A DNA stretch of 32,213 nt from Hyphochytrium catenoides (Eukaryota; Protista; Hyphochytriomycota). A program made the position numbers and the translations under genes. A model generated the notes under the pieces. The model was given only the letters and a program-made list of their open reading frames with translations, was not told the origin of the DNA and ran no database searches. Below, one piece after another: positions 1 through 11,855 of this stretch (its first letter is position 1; the number at the start of each line of letters is the position of its first letter). The stretch is taken from NCBI GenBank assembly GCA_900088475.1, contig FLMG01004236.1:1-32213 (forward strand). The letters run 5' to 3'.

Positions 1-102
1 GAGAGAGAGAGAGAGAGAAAAATGCCGTACTCGAACAACCCAACCGTCTGAGAAAGTGATAACAGAGAATGAGGATGCAGGACATTATTCTCTCTCGCTC
101 AC

Positions 103-735
103 CAAACTTTTCCGAGCTGCATCCCCTTCGTCTCCGCCTCATTCACAGCTGCTCCGGCTTCCATTAACTTCTTCCCTCCTCCCACCGCAGCCCGCATCTC
201 TCTCTTCTTCTCTTCCCTCTCTCTCTCTTCTCTCCTCTCTCTCCTTCTCTTCTCTCTCTGTCCTCCTGGATGAAGCTCATGGAAAATCACGGTGCAGTTC
301 AGATGGAAGAACCCGATGAGACTGTCAAATCGCCCAGCATTCGCCGCGTCCGTGAGGCCTTGAAGCATGTTGAGCCTAAGAGTTTCGATGGCTTTATATC
401 CCATCGTTTCCCCATAGTTAATAGCAGCGTTTAGCGACGGCGTGGAGAGGAGAGAGAGACGGCGCACGAGTCCTTTGTAACGCAGTTCTGCCCTCTGAAG
501 CTTTCTCTCTAGAGGCGCAAGGACTTTGTTCTTGCTGTGGAGCGGAGGGACAGAAGAAGGAGAAGAAGAGAGAGGGAGGAAGAGAGACGCGTCTTCCTCA
601 GTGTCATCTCTCTCTTCTACTATTTCTCTCTCTCCCTCTCGTGTGGACTGAGAAGAAGAAGAAGGAGAAGAGCTTGCAAGTAGGGGTTGCTCCTGGGGCC
701 TGGCGAGCGAGAGGGAGAGGAGGAGGGAGAGAAAA

Positions 736-776
<41 letters not shown>

Positions 777-1385
777 AAGAAAAGAAGAAAGGAAAGAGGG
801 CTGTTTGTTGATAGGGCTAATAGGGGCAGAGGAAAGAGAAGGAGACAACCTATGGCAAAATAAAAGGAAGAAGGGTAGCAGCAGAAGGAGCGACGAGAAC
901 GAGAGAGAGAGAAAAAAAAAAGAAAGAAAGAACGACAGGAAGAGAGGAGAAGAGAGAAAGAGGAAAATCTAAGAAAACGAGAGGAGAAATAGAGACAAAG
1001 ACTTTTAAGACGTCGACGGGTAGAGCTCCTGCAAAGAGAGTAAGAAGAGCATTAAGAAAGAGCAATGACGAGAAAGAGAAAGAAAATAGAGAAATATCGA
1101 GGAGGCGAGAGAGGAGAGAAAGAGAATCAGTAGATGGAGAGAGGTAACATAAAAAGAAAGAAGACTATAGAAAGACGAGGATGACTGAGGGCGAAGAAGA
1201 AGAAGAAGAGACCTTCTTGTTACCTCTTTTTCTTCCCAGGCACCGCACTGCTGCCTTTCGGCGAGGAGAGAGAAGATGCGGAAGAGAGAGAACTGCCTGC
1301 CAAGAAGTGACTTCCTCTTCCTCCTGTCTCGAGCTCTGGATGCCCGAGGGAAGGCGGGAGAGGAGAGAGAGAGGAAGTAGGAGGA
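103..1385 (-). CDS. Partial multi-exon gene of unknown function (candidate exons 1385-1224 and 699-103; continues beyond both)
   Basis: Both candidate exons are bounded by pyrimidine tract + AG and by GT donors (GTAAC, GTGAGC). Both are phase 2-2 and splice in frame (..PGKKK-R-PQEQPLL..). Exon 699-103 contains a complex-sequence stretch (LERKLQRAELRYKGLVRRLSLL...GRFDSLIGFFHLNCTVIFHELH). No family recognised. Confidence 0.45.
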
Positions 1386-2048
1386 CTGGAAGGCAGTAGA
1401 TGCGAGTAAAAAGGAAAGAAGAGAACTTCGACTTTCTTCTCCTTTGTCTCCTGCTTTTCTCTCTTCCGTATCTCCATTCTGCAGAAAAGAAACAAACTTT
1501 CCTAGTGACTAAGAGATCGAAGGTAGCGAGAGAAAGAGAGAGAGAAAGAGGAAGAGAGAGACGGATAGAGAGAGAGAGAACAACGAGGAAAGAACCTAAG
1601 CCTCCCTGACAACAAGCGCCATCGCTCCTTAGAGCAAGAAGAAGAGATCCTTATCGCTTGGTCTAAGCAGCAGCTCCATCATCGAGGAGTCAATCTGCAG
1701 CAGATCTGCAGAAAGAAGCAGCAAATGGAGAGAGCGGCACCGGGAAGAAGAGAGAGAGCTTGACGCAAGTGCAATGGAGGGCGGGAAGGTGATAGATGAA
1801 GGAAAAAGAACACAAGACACAAGGAAGTGGGAGAGTGTGAAGGTTGTGATGAGAAAGAAGAGCTTCGAGGAGAAAACAGCGAGAGACCAAGAGAGAGAAA
1901 AAGAGAGAGAGTGAGAGAGAGAAAGAGAGGGAGAAAGGGGCGAGGGAGAAAAAGAGAGGGATGGCAGAAGAGCAAGAGAGACCGAGAGCCGAGAGCGAGA
2001 GAGGGGGAGAGAGAGAGAGAGAGGAGAGAGGGAGAAAGAGAGAAGAGA

Positions 2049-2050
<2 letters not shown>

Positions 2051-2110
<60 letters not shown>
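2051..2110. repeat. (GA)30 perfect microsatellite inside a GA-rich low-complexity region (~1-2120)
   Basis: Directly visible. Confidence 0.95.
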
Positions 2111-2119
<9 letters not shown>

Positions 2120-2539
2120 CGGCCAAATTGATGGGCCAATTGATGGGACGCTGGTTGAGGCCACCTCCAAAGATACAAGTGGCCCCATCAGCAGAGACAG
2201 ATTGCGACAGAAAGGGTAAAATGATAGGCTTGAGCAGTAGCAAGGCCGAGACAGAGTCAGTGATAAAGAAGTAAAGACAGGACCACGCACTTAGACCGAA
2301 TATACCTCACGAAAGCAATGAGCAATGTGTACCGCCGTCCCTTTGCCACTTGGCATTTTTGGTCCTCATCTCTCAATCTAGTGACGCAATTTCTACCTGT
2401 CATTGGCTATCTCTTCACTCACCACCACCCCTATCTTTGCATTGGAAGTATCCTCTCTGTCTAAACATGGGAAGAACTCTGTCTTGCAATCAGAGAGAAA
2501 GCTTGGTTAAACCATTTTTGCGTGCTCTAAAACCAGCGC

Positions 2540-2559
2540 NNNNNNNNNNNNNNNNNNNN
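2540..2559. other. Assembly gap
   Basis: Run of N. Confidence 1.
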
Positions 2560-2866
2560 CCACAGAGCCTATTATGCTTGAATTTAACTCTAGCTACAGC
2601 CAAACCCCCCTGCCTCCCCTATCGTCAGCACAAACTCATCATGGACGAAATTAATGGCAAACCCGACCGCAACTTTAGACCGGAAATTACGGTCTCGAGG
2701 GAGACTAGTGTTCTGGGTACTCCTTGCGTACATGGGATAATCTACCGTTTGAGTGTGTACATTTCACGGAACCGCAACTAACAGGACGACGGAAGGCTTT
2801 TCAACCAATCTGAACTGGACCCGAATATCCGAATGCAGCAGATACCATACTTCTTTTCAGATGACA

Positions 2867-2950
2867 CTTAACGCAACTATTTAACAGACAGACCCAATAG
2901 CTTTTGCCTAAACTACATGTCGTTTTGCCTTAACGCAACTATTTAACAGA
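2867..2950. repeat. 22-bp direct repeat CTTAACGCAACTATTTAACAGA x2 (2867-2888, 2929-2950)
   Basis: Two exact copies separated by 40 bp. Confidence 0.85.
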
Positions 2951-3037
2951 GAGGCAGAGTGGGTAAAGAGGCAAGTTGTTGAAATATGTCAATTTTGGGA
3001 GGTTGACTTTTTGTCGTTGTGCTTCTGACTTCTCTCT

Positions 3038-3120
3038 NNNNNNNNNNNNNNNNNNNNNNNNNNNNNNNNNNNNNNNNNNNNNNNNNNNNNNNNNNNNNNN
3101 NNNNNNNNNNNNNNNNNNNN
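3038..3120. other. Assembly gap
   Basis: Run of N. Confidence 1.
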
Positions 3121-4606
3121 CTGTCTCTCTCGCTCCCTCTCTTCTTTCTCTATCTCTGCCTCTCTGTCTCGGTCTCTGTCTTTCTCCCTCTCCTATACTC
3201 TCTCTCTCTCTCAGTCTCTCTCTCTTTCCCTCTTTCCCCCTCCTTACACTCTACCGTTTTGATTGCTCATCGTTGTTGCTAATAATCACCAATCGAATCT
3301 TCATTTTGTCTCCTGCTCTTAATCGCAGGAGGATAGAGGGCAGGAAGGCAGCACTGTCTTTCATGGTCTAGATGGCTGGTCCCTCTCTTGTAAGCTATTC
3401 TGTGCTTTGCACCTTTCCCTCTGCCTTTCTTCTCTCTTCTTTCTGCCTCTCTCTCTCTCCCTCTGTGTCCGTCTCTCTCTCTCTCTCTCTCTGTACGTCT
3501 CTCTCTCTCTCTGTACGTCTCTCTCTATCTTTCTCCTTTCTTCCTGTCTCTCTCTCTCTCCACTCTCTGTCTCTCTCTCTGGGTTGCCTCTCGTCTTCCT
3601 TCTCTGTCTGTGCCCTTTCCCTTTCTGACAAGAAGCCTCCACCTCCCGAAATATTTCTTGGTCTGCGCAGCTTCTGTCGCCATCAGCAACTGATTCTTCC
3701 TGCAGCCGCTGATGGAGCTTTCTTCCGTTGTCAACAAACACTTTCTTTTTGCCGTCCGGTGCTCGTCCCAACGGCCGCACGCACTTTGCAAGTCATCGTC
3801 TTCCTCTTCTTGTTCCTTTCTGATTCTGCCTTGGTCTCTCTTCACTCTCCGGTGTACGTCAGTGCTATTATGCTTCTTTCCTTATCCGCTCAAGTCCTCG
3901 CTCTCTCCTCTCCCATTCTCTCGGTCATGGACTCGGTGCTAACTCCGCTCCAAACGATATTCTCTCTCTCTCTCTCTCACTCTCACTCTCTCTCTCTACC
4001 TTGTCTTTACGTCTGCGCCTCCTCTCCTCTCCCAGATCTCCTCGCGATGCACTTTCGAATCGACACAATCAAGCAAGAAATTTCCGGATGGGATCTTAGT
4101 CGCAACGGCGGCGCATCTGTGGCTCCCGTGCGGCGCCCGTAGCCACGTTGCGTTCGTCCTAGGAACCGCTCTCTCTCGCTCTCTCTCTTTCTCTCTCTCG
4201 CGTCTCTCTTCTGTCTCTCTCTCTCTCTCGTGTCTCAAACTCTCCCCATGAATCCTCCTCTCCGTTACCGCCCAAGAATCTTCATCTTTTCCTCTTCCCA
4301 CTGGCAGCAGGTCTTTTCCCCCTTTCACACTCATCCTTAATCTCTCCCTTTCTTCCTCTGATGATTGGATGAATTGTTACTGCTCTGTCTCTCAAAGGTA
4401 CAAACTCTCCAAACGACCGCTCTCTCTTCTTCTCCTGAGGCTAATCCCTCATCTCTGGGCTTAGCAGCAAGCGGTGTTAAGTCTTTTCTCGTTTTGCTTG
4501 CTTATTGGTCACTTATCTCGCTTCGGCTCTCTCATCCTTGCTCTAAGACTCTCTCTCACTCTCTTCTCACTCTCCCTTCTCTCCCTCCTCTCTCCTCTCT
4601 CTTCCT

Positions 4607-4685
<79 letters not shown>

Positions 4686-5150
4686 TCTCTCCCATTTGAC
4701 TATCAATCAGTCATCGCACATTCTCAGTCGTTACATTTCCTCCTGGTATTGTCGCTAAAACATCAGTTTCAGTAATAAAGCCAACATAATTTTTACTAAA
4801 TAATATAATAGTGGCTTTATAACCTCAGCATATGAACTGCAATTGTCCTAAAATAGATTCTATATCCCAGCTTTTCTAAGTTGGCCCATAATCCGTTGTC
4901 TCATGGCTGAGCTGTCCGTTACATTTCCGTTGCTTGGTCAGAAGAGCCAAAGATTCGCTGGCAAAAGTGCACTTCCTCAACTTCTACCTTCCCCCGTGAT
5001 GGCTCGTTCTCTCTTGCTCCTCCGCTCCTTCTCTCAGCTCATTCCATAGATACTGGCAGCACGTTTCCCTCTCTCCTCTTCGTAGTAGCTGTCATCTCTC
5101 TTCTGTCTCTTTCACTCTCTTTCTCTCTCCTCTCTTCTTTCTCTCTATTA
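3121..5150 (+). repeat. (CT)n-rich low-complexity region, probably introns of an unresolved + strand gene
   Basis: Many CT tracts alternate with complex-sequence islands. One candidate exon is 3329-3389 (CAG|GAGGAT...CTCTT|GTAAGC). No product could be assigned. Confidence 0.5.
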
Positions 5151-5348
5151 TGTCTCTACTGTCCCTCCACTCTGTCTCTCGCGCGCTCTCTTCCCATTCT
5201 GATGGCAAGTCAAGCCGTTTTATAGGTTCTTGTCCTCTCTTTCCCTCAGGCGCTGATGGTCTTCCATTCTCCGCTGTCTTCTTGCTGCATTACGCTCTGC
5301 CGTTGGCATCATTTGTTAGGCACTGGAGCCTAAGATTTACTGAGTAAA

Positions 5349-5860
5349 CTATCGCCAATGGAGGACAGACAGGCGGGTAGCCATCTTCAGAAGCAGCAGT
5401 AGAACAGTGGCGCCCTCGGTCTTTAGGATGTTACCGTCCGTTGGCAGATTCGCCGTGTATCTGAGAATCTTCATTCGCCTTTTTCCAGAGCTCACCTTGA
5501 TGGACCGGACACGTCCATAGAATCTTCGTCCATTGCGCTGTCTCACCCGACTGCTTCCACTGCCCCTGCCACTGCCGTTGCCGTTGCACAGCCGTGAGCA
5601 GCTTAAGCACTTGACGTCGCCAGCGCAAGGAAAAATATCAACATCATGCGTTACCTGCTGCTCCTCATCGCTTAGTTCTACCTCTGCGCCGGCTGCTGCT
5701 GTCGTCAATGCGTGGTTGACCTCTAGCAATAGTTCTTCCTTCACTTTCCTATGTAGGATCACTCTCCGTTACAGCTGCCGATTGACATCTCTTCAGTCTA
5801 GTACTCAGTATAGTAAGGCTAATAATATCACGGCCTCTTCATTGCTAACTCTCTCCTCCT
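5349..5860 (-). pseudogene. Degenerate coding-like segment, unknown product
   Basis: A protein-like frame (EEAVILLALLY*VLD*RDVNRQL*RRVILHRKVKEELLLEVNHAL...FPCAGDVKCLSCSRLC) is interrupted by stops. No family recognised. Confidence 0.3.
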
Positions 5861-6097
5861 CCTTTGCCTTCTCGCCTGTCGCTCACCTCCCTGATCAATC
5901 TTCATCTTCGAGACTTTCGATCGTTGCTGACAGAGCCCTTGCCTCTCTGCTTCAGCTCATTCTCAATTTTCTTCCAGACCCCACAAGAGCAATCCCAGGC
6001 CCAACAGAGCTGCAACCAGTCTTCCTTCCATAACCCAGGACTTTGTCAACTTCAGAGAGTCTTCAACCTTCAACCCTATCCTTCCACCACCGTTACC

Positions 6098-7390
6098 ATG
6101 AAGAAAGGCTTGAGTCTCATCGTCATTGCTCTAGCACTGGCCACTGCAGGCCAGGAAGCTTCAGCTTTCAGCTACGGCCGAAACAAAGCCTTGCGCAGAA
6201 CTGAAGAAAGTCAGACTGACGTAGGGACAGAAGTGCCCCTCGTTGGACTCGAAGTAACAGTAAAGGTTTCAACTCTTCCTCAGGAAGAAAGCACGGACGC
6301 TCCAACCGTACGCCTTGTCAATGATTCAGTTACTGAGCGATCCACTGAGGCAGCTACTGAGCCCGCCACTGAGGTCGCTACCGAGCCAGCCACCGAAGCA
6401 GCTTCTGAGCCAGCCACCGAGGCTGCTACTGAGCCAGCCACTGAAGCCGCTACTGAGCCAGCCACGGTGGCAGCTACTGAGCCAGCCACTGAGGCAGCTA
6501 CTGAGCCAGCTACGGAGGCAACTACTGAGCCAGCCACTGAGGCAGCTACTGAGCCAGCTACGGAGGCAGCTACTGAGCCAGCCACTGAGGCAGCTACCGA
6601 GCCAGCCACCGAGGCAGTTACTGAGCCAGCCACCGAAGCAGTTACTGAGCCAGCCACTGAGGCAGCTACTGAGCCAGCCACCGAAGCAGCTACTGAGCCA
6701 GCCACCGAAGCAGCTACTGAGCCAGCCACGGAGACAGCTACTGAGCCAGCTACCGAGGCAGCTACTGAGCCAGCCACTGAGGCAGCTACTGAGCCAGCCA
6801 CGGAGGCAGCTACTGAGCCAACTACGGAGGCAGCTACTGAGCCAGCCACTGAAGCAGCTACTGAGCCAGCCACCGAAGCAGCTACTGAGCTAGCCACCGA
6901 AGCAGCTACTGAGCCCGCCACTGAGGCTGCTACTGAGGCAGCCACCGAGGCAGCTACCGAGCCAGCCACTGAGGCAGCTACTGAGCCAGCCACTGAGGCA
7001 GCTACTGAGCCAGCCACCGAGGCTGCTACTGAGCCAGCCACTGAAGCAGCTACCGAACCAGCCACTGAAGCAGCAACTGAGCCAGCCACCGAAGCAGCTA
7101 CTGAGCTAGCCACCGAAGCAGCTACTGAGCCAGCCACGGAGGCTGCTACTGAGCCAGCTACGGAGGCAGCTACAGAGCCACCCACTGAAGCAGCTACTGA
7201 GCCAGCCACGGAGGCAGCTACTGACCCAGCCACGGAGGCAGTTACTGAGCCAGCTACCGAAGCAGCTACTGAGCCAGCCACGGAGGCAGCCACTGAGGAA
7301 AGCTCCGAAGATGATAATGAGAAGCATGGAGCGGAGGGACGGAAGCACGGCCACCACAAGCATGGAGCACGTACTCTAAGACGAGTATAA
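6098..7390 (+). CDS. Secreted mucin-like Thr/Glu/Ala/Pro repeat protein (430 aa)
   Basis: ATG lies in a good context (ACCATG) and opens a signal peptide MKKGLSLIVIALALATAGQEASA. About 40 TEAATEPA units show mostly third-position variation. The tail is His/basic (KHGHHKHGARTLRRV*), and AATAAA follows at ~7512. Confidence 0.88.
   Translation: MKKGLSLIVIALALATAGQEASAFSYGRNKALRRTEESQTDVGTEVPLVGLEVTVKVSTLPQEESTDAPTVRLVNDSVTERSTEAATEPATEVATEPATEAASEPATEAATEPATEAATEPATVAATEPATEAATEPATEATTEPATEAATEPATEAATEPATEAATEPATEAVTEPATEAVTEPATEAATEPATEAATEPATEAATEPATETATEPATEAATEPATEAATEPATEAATEPTTEAATEPATEAATEPATEAATELATEAATEPATEAATEAATEAATEPATEAATEPATEAATEPATEAATEPATEAATEPATEAATEPATEAATELATEAATEPATEAATEPATEAATEPPTEAATEPATEAATDPATEAVTEPATEAATEPATEAATEESSEDDNEKHGAEGRKHGHHKHGARTLRRV
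6344..7297 (+). repeat. Coding minisatellite, 24-bp unit (ACTGAGGCAGCTACTGAGCCAGCC) x ~40
   Basis: 954 bp / 24 = 39.75 units, with an internal 12-bp sub-periodicity. Confidence 0.97.
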
Positions 7391-8300
7391 GCCGCAGTTG
7401 CGGAGGTCCCTCAGTGATCACATGGAGCTCACACCTTTCATTGCATGTTATAAGCCGCATAGTTGGTGCCCCCACGTTGTCCCTCTAGAGTACGATGTAT
7501 AAGCTTTAGATAATAAACGCACTATAATCCAGGAAGCACGTGCCTCTTGCCCATCTGCCGATAGCGTTGACTTCAGCTTGAGACCTCAGGTTCACAAGCA
7601 GACGTGGACGACACATCGCCTGTTCATGGCAGTCTGATACTCCTGGTGATGACCCAGCCAGGCCTAGGAGGAGCAAAGCAAGCCAAGGTGCGAGGTTGAA
7701 GAGTCATCCTTCTTCTTGGAGAGATGTTAAAGATAAGTCGGCAACGTTTCTTTCCTAGACGATAGTCCAGAGTCTGTCTATTGAAGATGTACTCCTTATC
7801 ATAGTGCTGGAGCCATGGTCGCAAGCTGATCAAGCTAACTCAACGGGATGCTGGTTTGGAGAAGGCGGACTGATACTCTAAGGAGATACCGAGGTGTCAA
7901 GCAACAGAATGGTAAACCAGAGGGAAGCTCTTCTTTGCTCTCTGGCCATCAAGCGTCCTCCCACGCTGCAAATCAGGCAGCAGTCACGGCTAGGCTTTAA
8001 CTAGAACACGGCATCTCACTCTATCCTGGCATGGCAGAGCCAGCGATGAGCAAACGCGAGGAGTATCGTTAGGGACGAATGGCTTTGAACAAGGTCACTG
8101 AGACTGCTATTTATTCGACGGCACACTTCCCTGTTCCTCAGGTCCTGAGATTGAAAGAGGGAACGACTCAACTCAGTCTCTCAATGGCACTATCACTCTT
8201 TCCTGCTGACGCCAAGGAAATGATCGAGAGCGATGGTGACCGTACCTCGCCGTCTCCAGACTCTTCGCCCACCATTTATGTGTGCATTGCCAGTCCGAGG

Positions 8301-8378
8301 AGGAGGTGCGTTCAATCCGCATCCTCCTGGATTGGTCTCAGGAGGTGCGTTCAATCCGCATCCTCCTGGATTGGTCTC
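8301..8378. repeat. Exact 39-bp tandem duplication, each unit able to form a hairpin
   Basis: AGGAGGTGCGTTCAATCCGCATCCTCCTGGATTGGTCTC x2. AGGAGGTGCG pairs with CGCATCCTCCT (one bulge) around a 7-nt loop. Confidence 0.9.
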
Positions 8379-8915
8379 TTTCCAATCCTCGCGCTCAGCC
8401 ACGTCTCCGCTGTGCCTGATCTCTCCTCTACCCGCTGGGTCTTTCGTCTCCAGCTCTCTCGCTCACTATGCCTAGCCTTCCTTCTACGTCTTATTTCCTT
8501 CCTTCACATATCCCTGACTCCTCGTTCCTCTGCTTCTCATGTCAGCACCGCACAAGGCCCAGCAAGGGCTGTTCGAGAGGAATCACTTAGATGCATAGAA
8601 AAGCACGCACTATCTTTGACTATGGCCTTCGCTATGGCCTTGGCTTGCCAACGGCGTCTACGCCGCGACACCTCTTGAAAGCTCTTGGAGCCTTTCTTGC
8701 TTTGGATACTTCCACTGCCTTCCCTGCTTGGTCTCAAGCTTCAGCCTTCACCTCTGTTTAGCTTGAGCTTATTGCCCATCAGGAAAAGAAGCGCTGGACC
8801 GTTCGCCAACTCTTCTTCATCGCCCTGGCTTCTTCATCATCTGTATGAAGCGAAGAAGATAATGAGCGGGGGGAAGAGAGGACGGAGAATATGAGGAGAG
8901 AAAGAGAGAGAGAGG

Positions 8916-8946
<31 letters not shown>

Positions 8947-9175
8947 AGAGAGAGAGAGAGACTGAGAGAAGAAGAGAGAAAGAGAAGAAATTAAGGGAGA
9001 ACTCTGAACTCTGAACTGTCACGATGAAAAGCTCTAAAAGCTAAGATTACCTGTCTATCAGCGCTTCATAATTCATGAAGACTACGTCCCCATCATCTAA
9101 TCTCGTCGTTCGCCCATCATCATCATCATCATCTCTATCTTCATGATCAATAAATCATCCATTCCTTCTTCAGCT

Positions 9176-10128
9176 CACCCACTATGATAAGGGCGAAGAT
9201 TACAAGGGAGAAGAAGCGCGTAACTCCCACGTTGATCTCCAACAGTATCATGTTCACGCAGAAAACAATGAGGAAGCTGCTGCTGCTGCTGCGGTGGGAA
9301 AAGAAGATAGTAGGCGAGATCCTTTATCAACCTGCGCCCCGGGCAATTGCGGTGGTGAAGCTGGTTTAGGCGATCGTGTGAACGCGCCACCACTACCGCC
9401 GTTGGAGAAGGCGTGCTGCGCTCTTGGGAGAGACGTTTTGAGCGGCTATAAGGGTCATTGCGGTGACACAATCTGCAATGCCGGACCTCTACGCAGGGTT
9501 TGTGGCTCAACTACCATTGCCGCGACACTACTGGAGCTAGCAGATGACGCAGGGATTGATATCCAGCCCCATCAATCATCAGTCTAAAAGTCGAAAAAAA
9601 CCAGACTTAGTAAACTCTCTTTATTACCTCTGCCTCCGGCACTACAGGGCTATTGCAAGGGTCAGAGACAGAAGTATTGACGTCTTCAAGAAGCATGGCC
9701 TAAGTTTGAAGGCTTCGGTGACGGTTGCCCAACGTAGAGTAGTAGGGAAGAGGGACCATGAAGGTGGCAAAGGTACTGTGCAGCGTCTGAACTTTGTTGT
9801 TAGAACTATTGACGTTTGGTTTCCAGTTACAAAGCACTGCGAACAGTCTATACCATTGGAAGCCGTGGAGCATGACGTTAGACTCTCGCAATCGCTTATG
9901 CCAGCAGACGTGGTACAAGAGCGAGCCTTGTATCTCTCTCAAGAGGAAGCAGATCACCTTAACAGACTTGAAGACGATAGCAACGCCTCAAAGGTAATAG
10001 AGTCGCAACAGCTCTCTCCTGGACGTATTAGCGAGATCTCTATGCCTACCATTCCTGGAGAGGAGTCTATCTATCAGGACCTGTTCCTTCTGAAAGGGAC
10101 CATGCTAGGGATTGTCAGGGTAATGTGA
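9176..10128 (+). pseudogene. Frameshifted coding-like segment, unknown product (Cys-rich part followed by a possible SAP/HeH/Rho-N-like helical motif)
   Basis: Two overlapping protein-like ORFs (9294-9587, 9544-10128) join by a frameshift near 9585 to give TLLELADDAGIDIQ...KSRKKPDLVNSL. Confidence 0.35.
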
Positions 10129-10361
10129 TGGCTGATGAGGAGCGTCAAGCCGAAGGAGAGAGATTGACCAGTTGCCGCCGTATACAGCAAGGGTTCTATC
10201 AGTTTCTTCACTGGCGGTGCCGCAGATGTCCATATGAGAAGAAGCTCGGCAATAGCACCAAGGCTAAGCCTGTGGGTTCTCAGTCCAGGCCTTGTCATCT
10301 CCTGAATGTTCAGCTTCCTGCTGCGGCATTCATGTCTGGAATCTCCCTCGCCCAGCATCAA

Positions 10362-10807
10362 CAGCTTAGCGGGCTCTCTTCTGTGAGATGTGCGTCCAAG
10401 AACGCGCTTAGAAGAAGTATTAGAAAAAACAAGGACGACGGGAGATGCAAGCAGGTCTTAAAGAGAGCCGCAAAGAGTCACGAGAGAGAGCTGATAGCTT
10501 CGTCACAGTCACGACGAGAAGTGGGCTGACCCTGGAGCTACCGGAAGTTATCGTATCGTTGGATGGCGTATACAGCACCAGGAGACCCAAGAGAACAGGG
10601 AAGAGAGATAGGAGGAGCAGATGTGACTAGCATCAATAGAAAGGCGGTCGTGACTGTGACGAAGCTATCAGCTCTCTCTCGTGACTCTTTGCGGCTCTCT
10701 TTAAGACCCGCTTGCATCTCCCGTCGTATGGCGTCCTTGGTTTTTCTTATACTTCTTCTAAGCGCGTTCTTGGACGCACATCTCACAGAAGGGAGCCCGT
10801 TAAGCTG
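10362..10807. repeat. Long inverted repeat: arms 10362-10515 and 10647-10807, 131-bp spacer
   Basis: Manual alignment gives 5 substitutions plus one 7-nt indel over ~154 bp. Confidence 0.93.
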
Positions 10808-11855
10808 AGATTTCCTATTTATATCCATGAGAGAGGCCCCTCTCGCCAATCAAGATCCAGACTGTGTATGATCTTGTAGGTCGTATCTTCTTTCCTATAC
10901 ACCAGAGGGACATACGACCTAACGATCATGACAGGTTCCTTGGGCTGATAAGGCTGCTTCAAGAAAAAGTTCTCGGGCAGCTGGGCTATGACCTTCGCTA
11001 TCATCTGCGAAGCTATCCGTCCGTTCAGCAGCCAGTCTCCATCGGTAAGGAGAACCTGCCTAATCTTGAATGTGACCCTCCTAGACTTTGCCTCCTCTGT
11101 CACAGGCTCCACAATGAGCTTTACCACATATAGCAGTGACTCCTTTCCCTCTAAAGTCGACACGCCGTCCTTCTGTTCCATGAAGTCCTCGACAGCTCGT
11201 GGGGTAACTCCGTTCTCATACAGGAGCTGTCTGAATTGCTGCGAGTTTGATCTTTGTTAGTAGATGGAAGAGAGCAATATCTGATAGGAGTATTCAAGGC
11301 TTTGCTCGAACCTCTCGTGCAGTGAGTTTGCGCCTTCTGGGAGTTGAAGCCTTTCGTGTGATCTTCTTCTTTGTCTTAGTTTCGGCAGGCTCAGATTCTC
11401 CATTTTCTGTGCCCTCTTCTTTTTGCTCTTCTTGGTCAAGAGGAAAGAGATTGGCATCGAATCTTCGTCGTCCTCGTCACTACTTGTACTCTTATTAGGA
11501 GCTGATAGAGATGCAGCACCCGTCTTCTCTTCTTCTCCGCCTCGCTGGATAACTGCTGCCGGCGATGCTATTATCTCCTTTGACTTCCTCCTCTTCTTGG
11601 CATTTGTCGCACCACTAGTTGTTGTCACAAGCAGCCGATCTAGCTGGTTTGCGGTTACACCTATGTCATCCTCCAAGAAGGATCGAAACCCTGCAAACTG
11701 AGGTGAACAAAGTACCATCTGGGTTGGGCTCGGAACAGCTGAAAGAACTTATTCAAAGACTGCGCCAGGCCATCTAAAAGCTTCTGTTGCTTCTCTGCTT
11801 TCGAGAGCTGTCCACGCAATCCTCTGCTGTTAGGCTTCCTCCCTTTTGGACCCAT
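10538..11855 (-). pseudogene. Degenerate coding segment, unknown product (acidic/basic, nuclear-like)
   Basis: A chain of minus-strand ORFs (11855-11661, 11718-11257, 11181-10819, 10849-10538) is linked by stops or frameshifts. It includes KKRRKSK and SSDEDDED tracts. Confidence 0.4.

Noticed and set aside
2867-2950. CRISPR-like repeat-spacer-repeat
   Set aside because: Only two repeats, no cas genes, and a eukaryotic context.
739-4775. Numerous ORFs of poly-(ER)/(LS)
   Set aside because: These are translations of GA/CT microsatellites, which lack stop codons.
5864-6097. 78-aa N-terminal extension of the 508-aa ORF
   Set aside because: It begins at TTG. The first ATG (6098) directly opens a signal peptide.
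6280-7359. 359-aa antisense ORF (VAGSVAAS)n and the alternative-frame (QLLSQPLR)n ORF
   Set aside because: These are shadows of the 24-bp repeat. Only the TEAATEPA frame has a signal peptide and a synonymous-type variation pattern.
7624-8894. ORFs 8079-8678 and neighbours; similarly 12392-13030 and 16371-16774
   Set aside because: No recognisable motifs and no consistent splice structure. They could hide exons, but that cannot be supported from the sequence alone.
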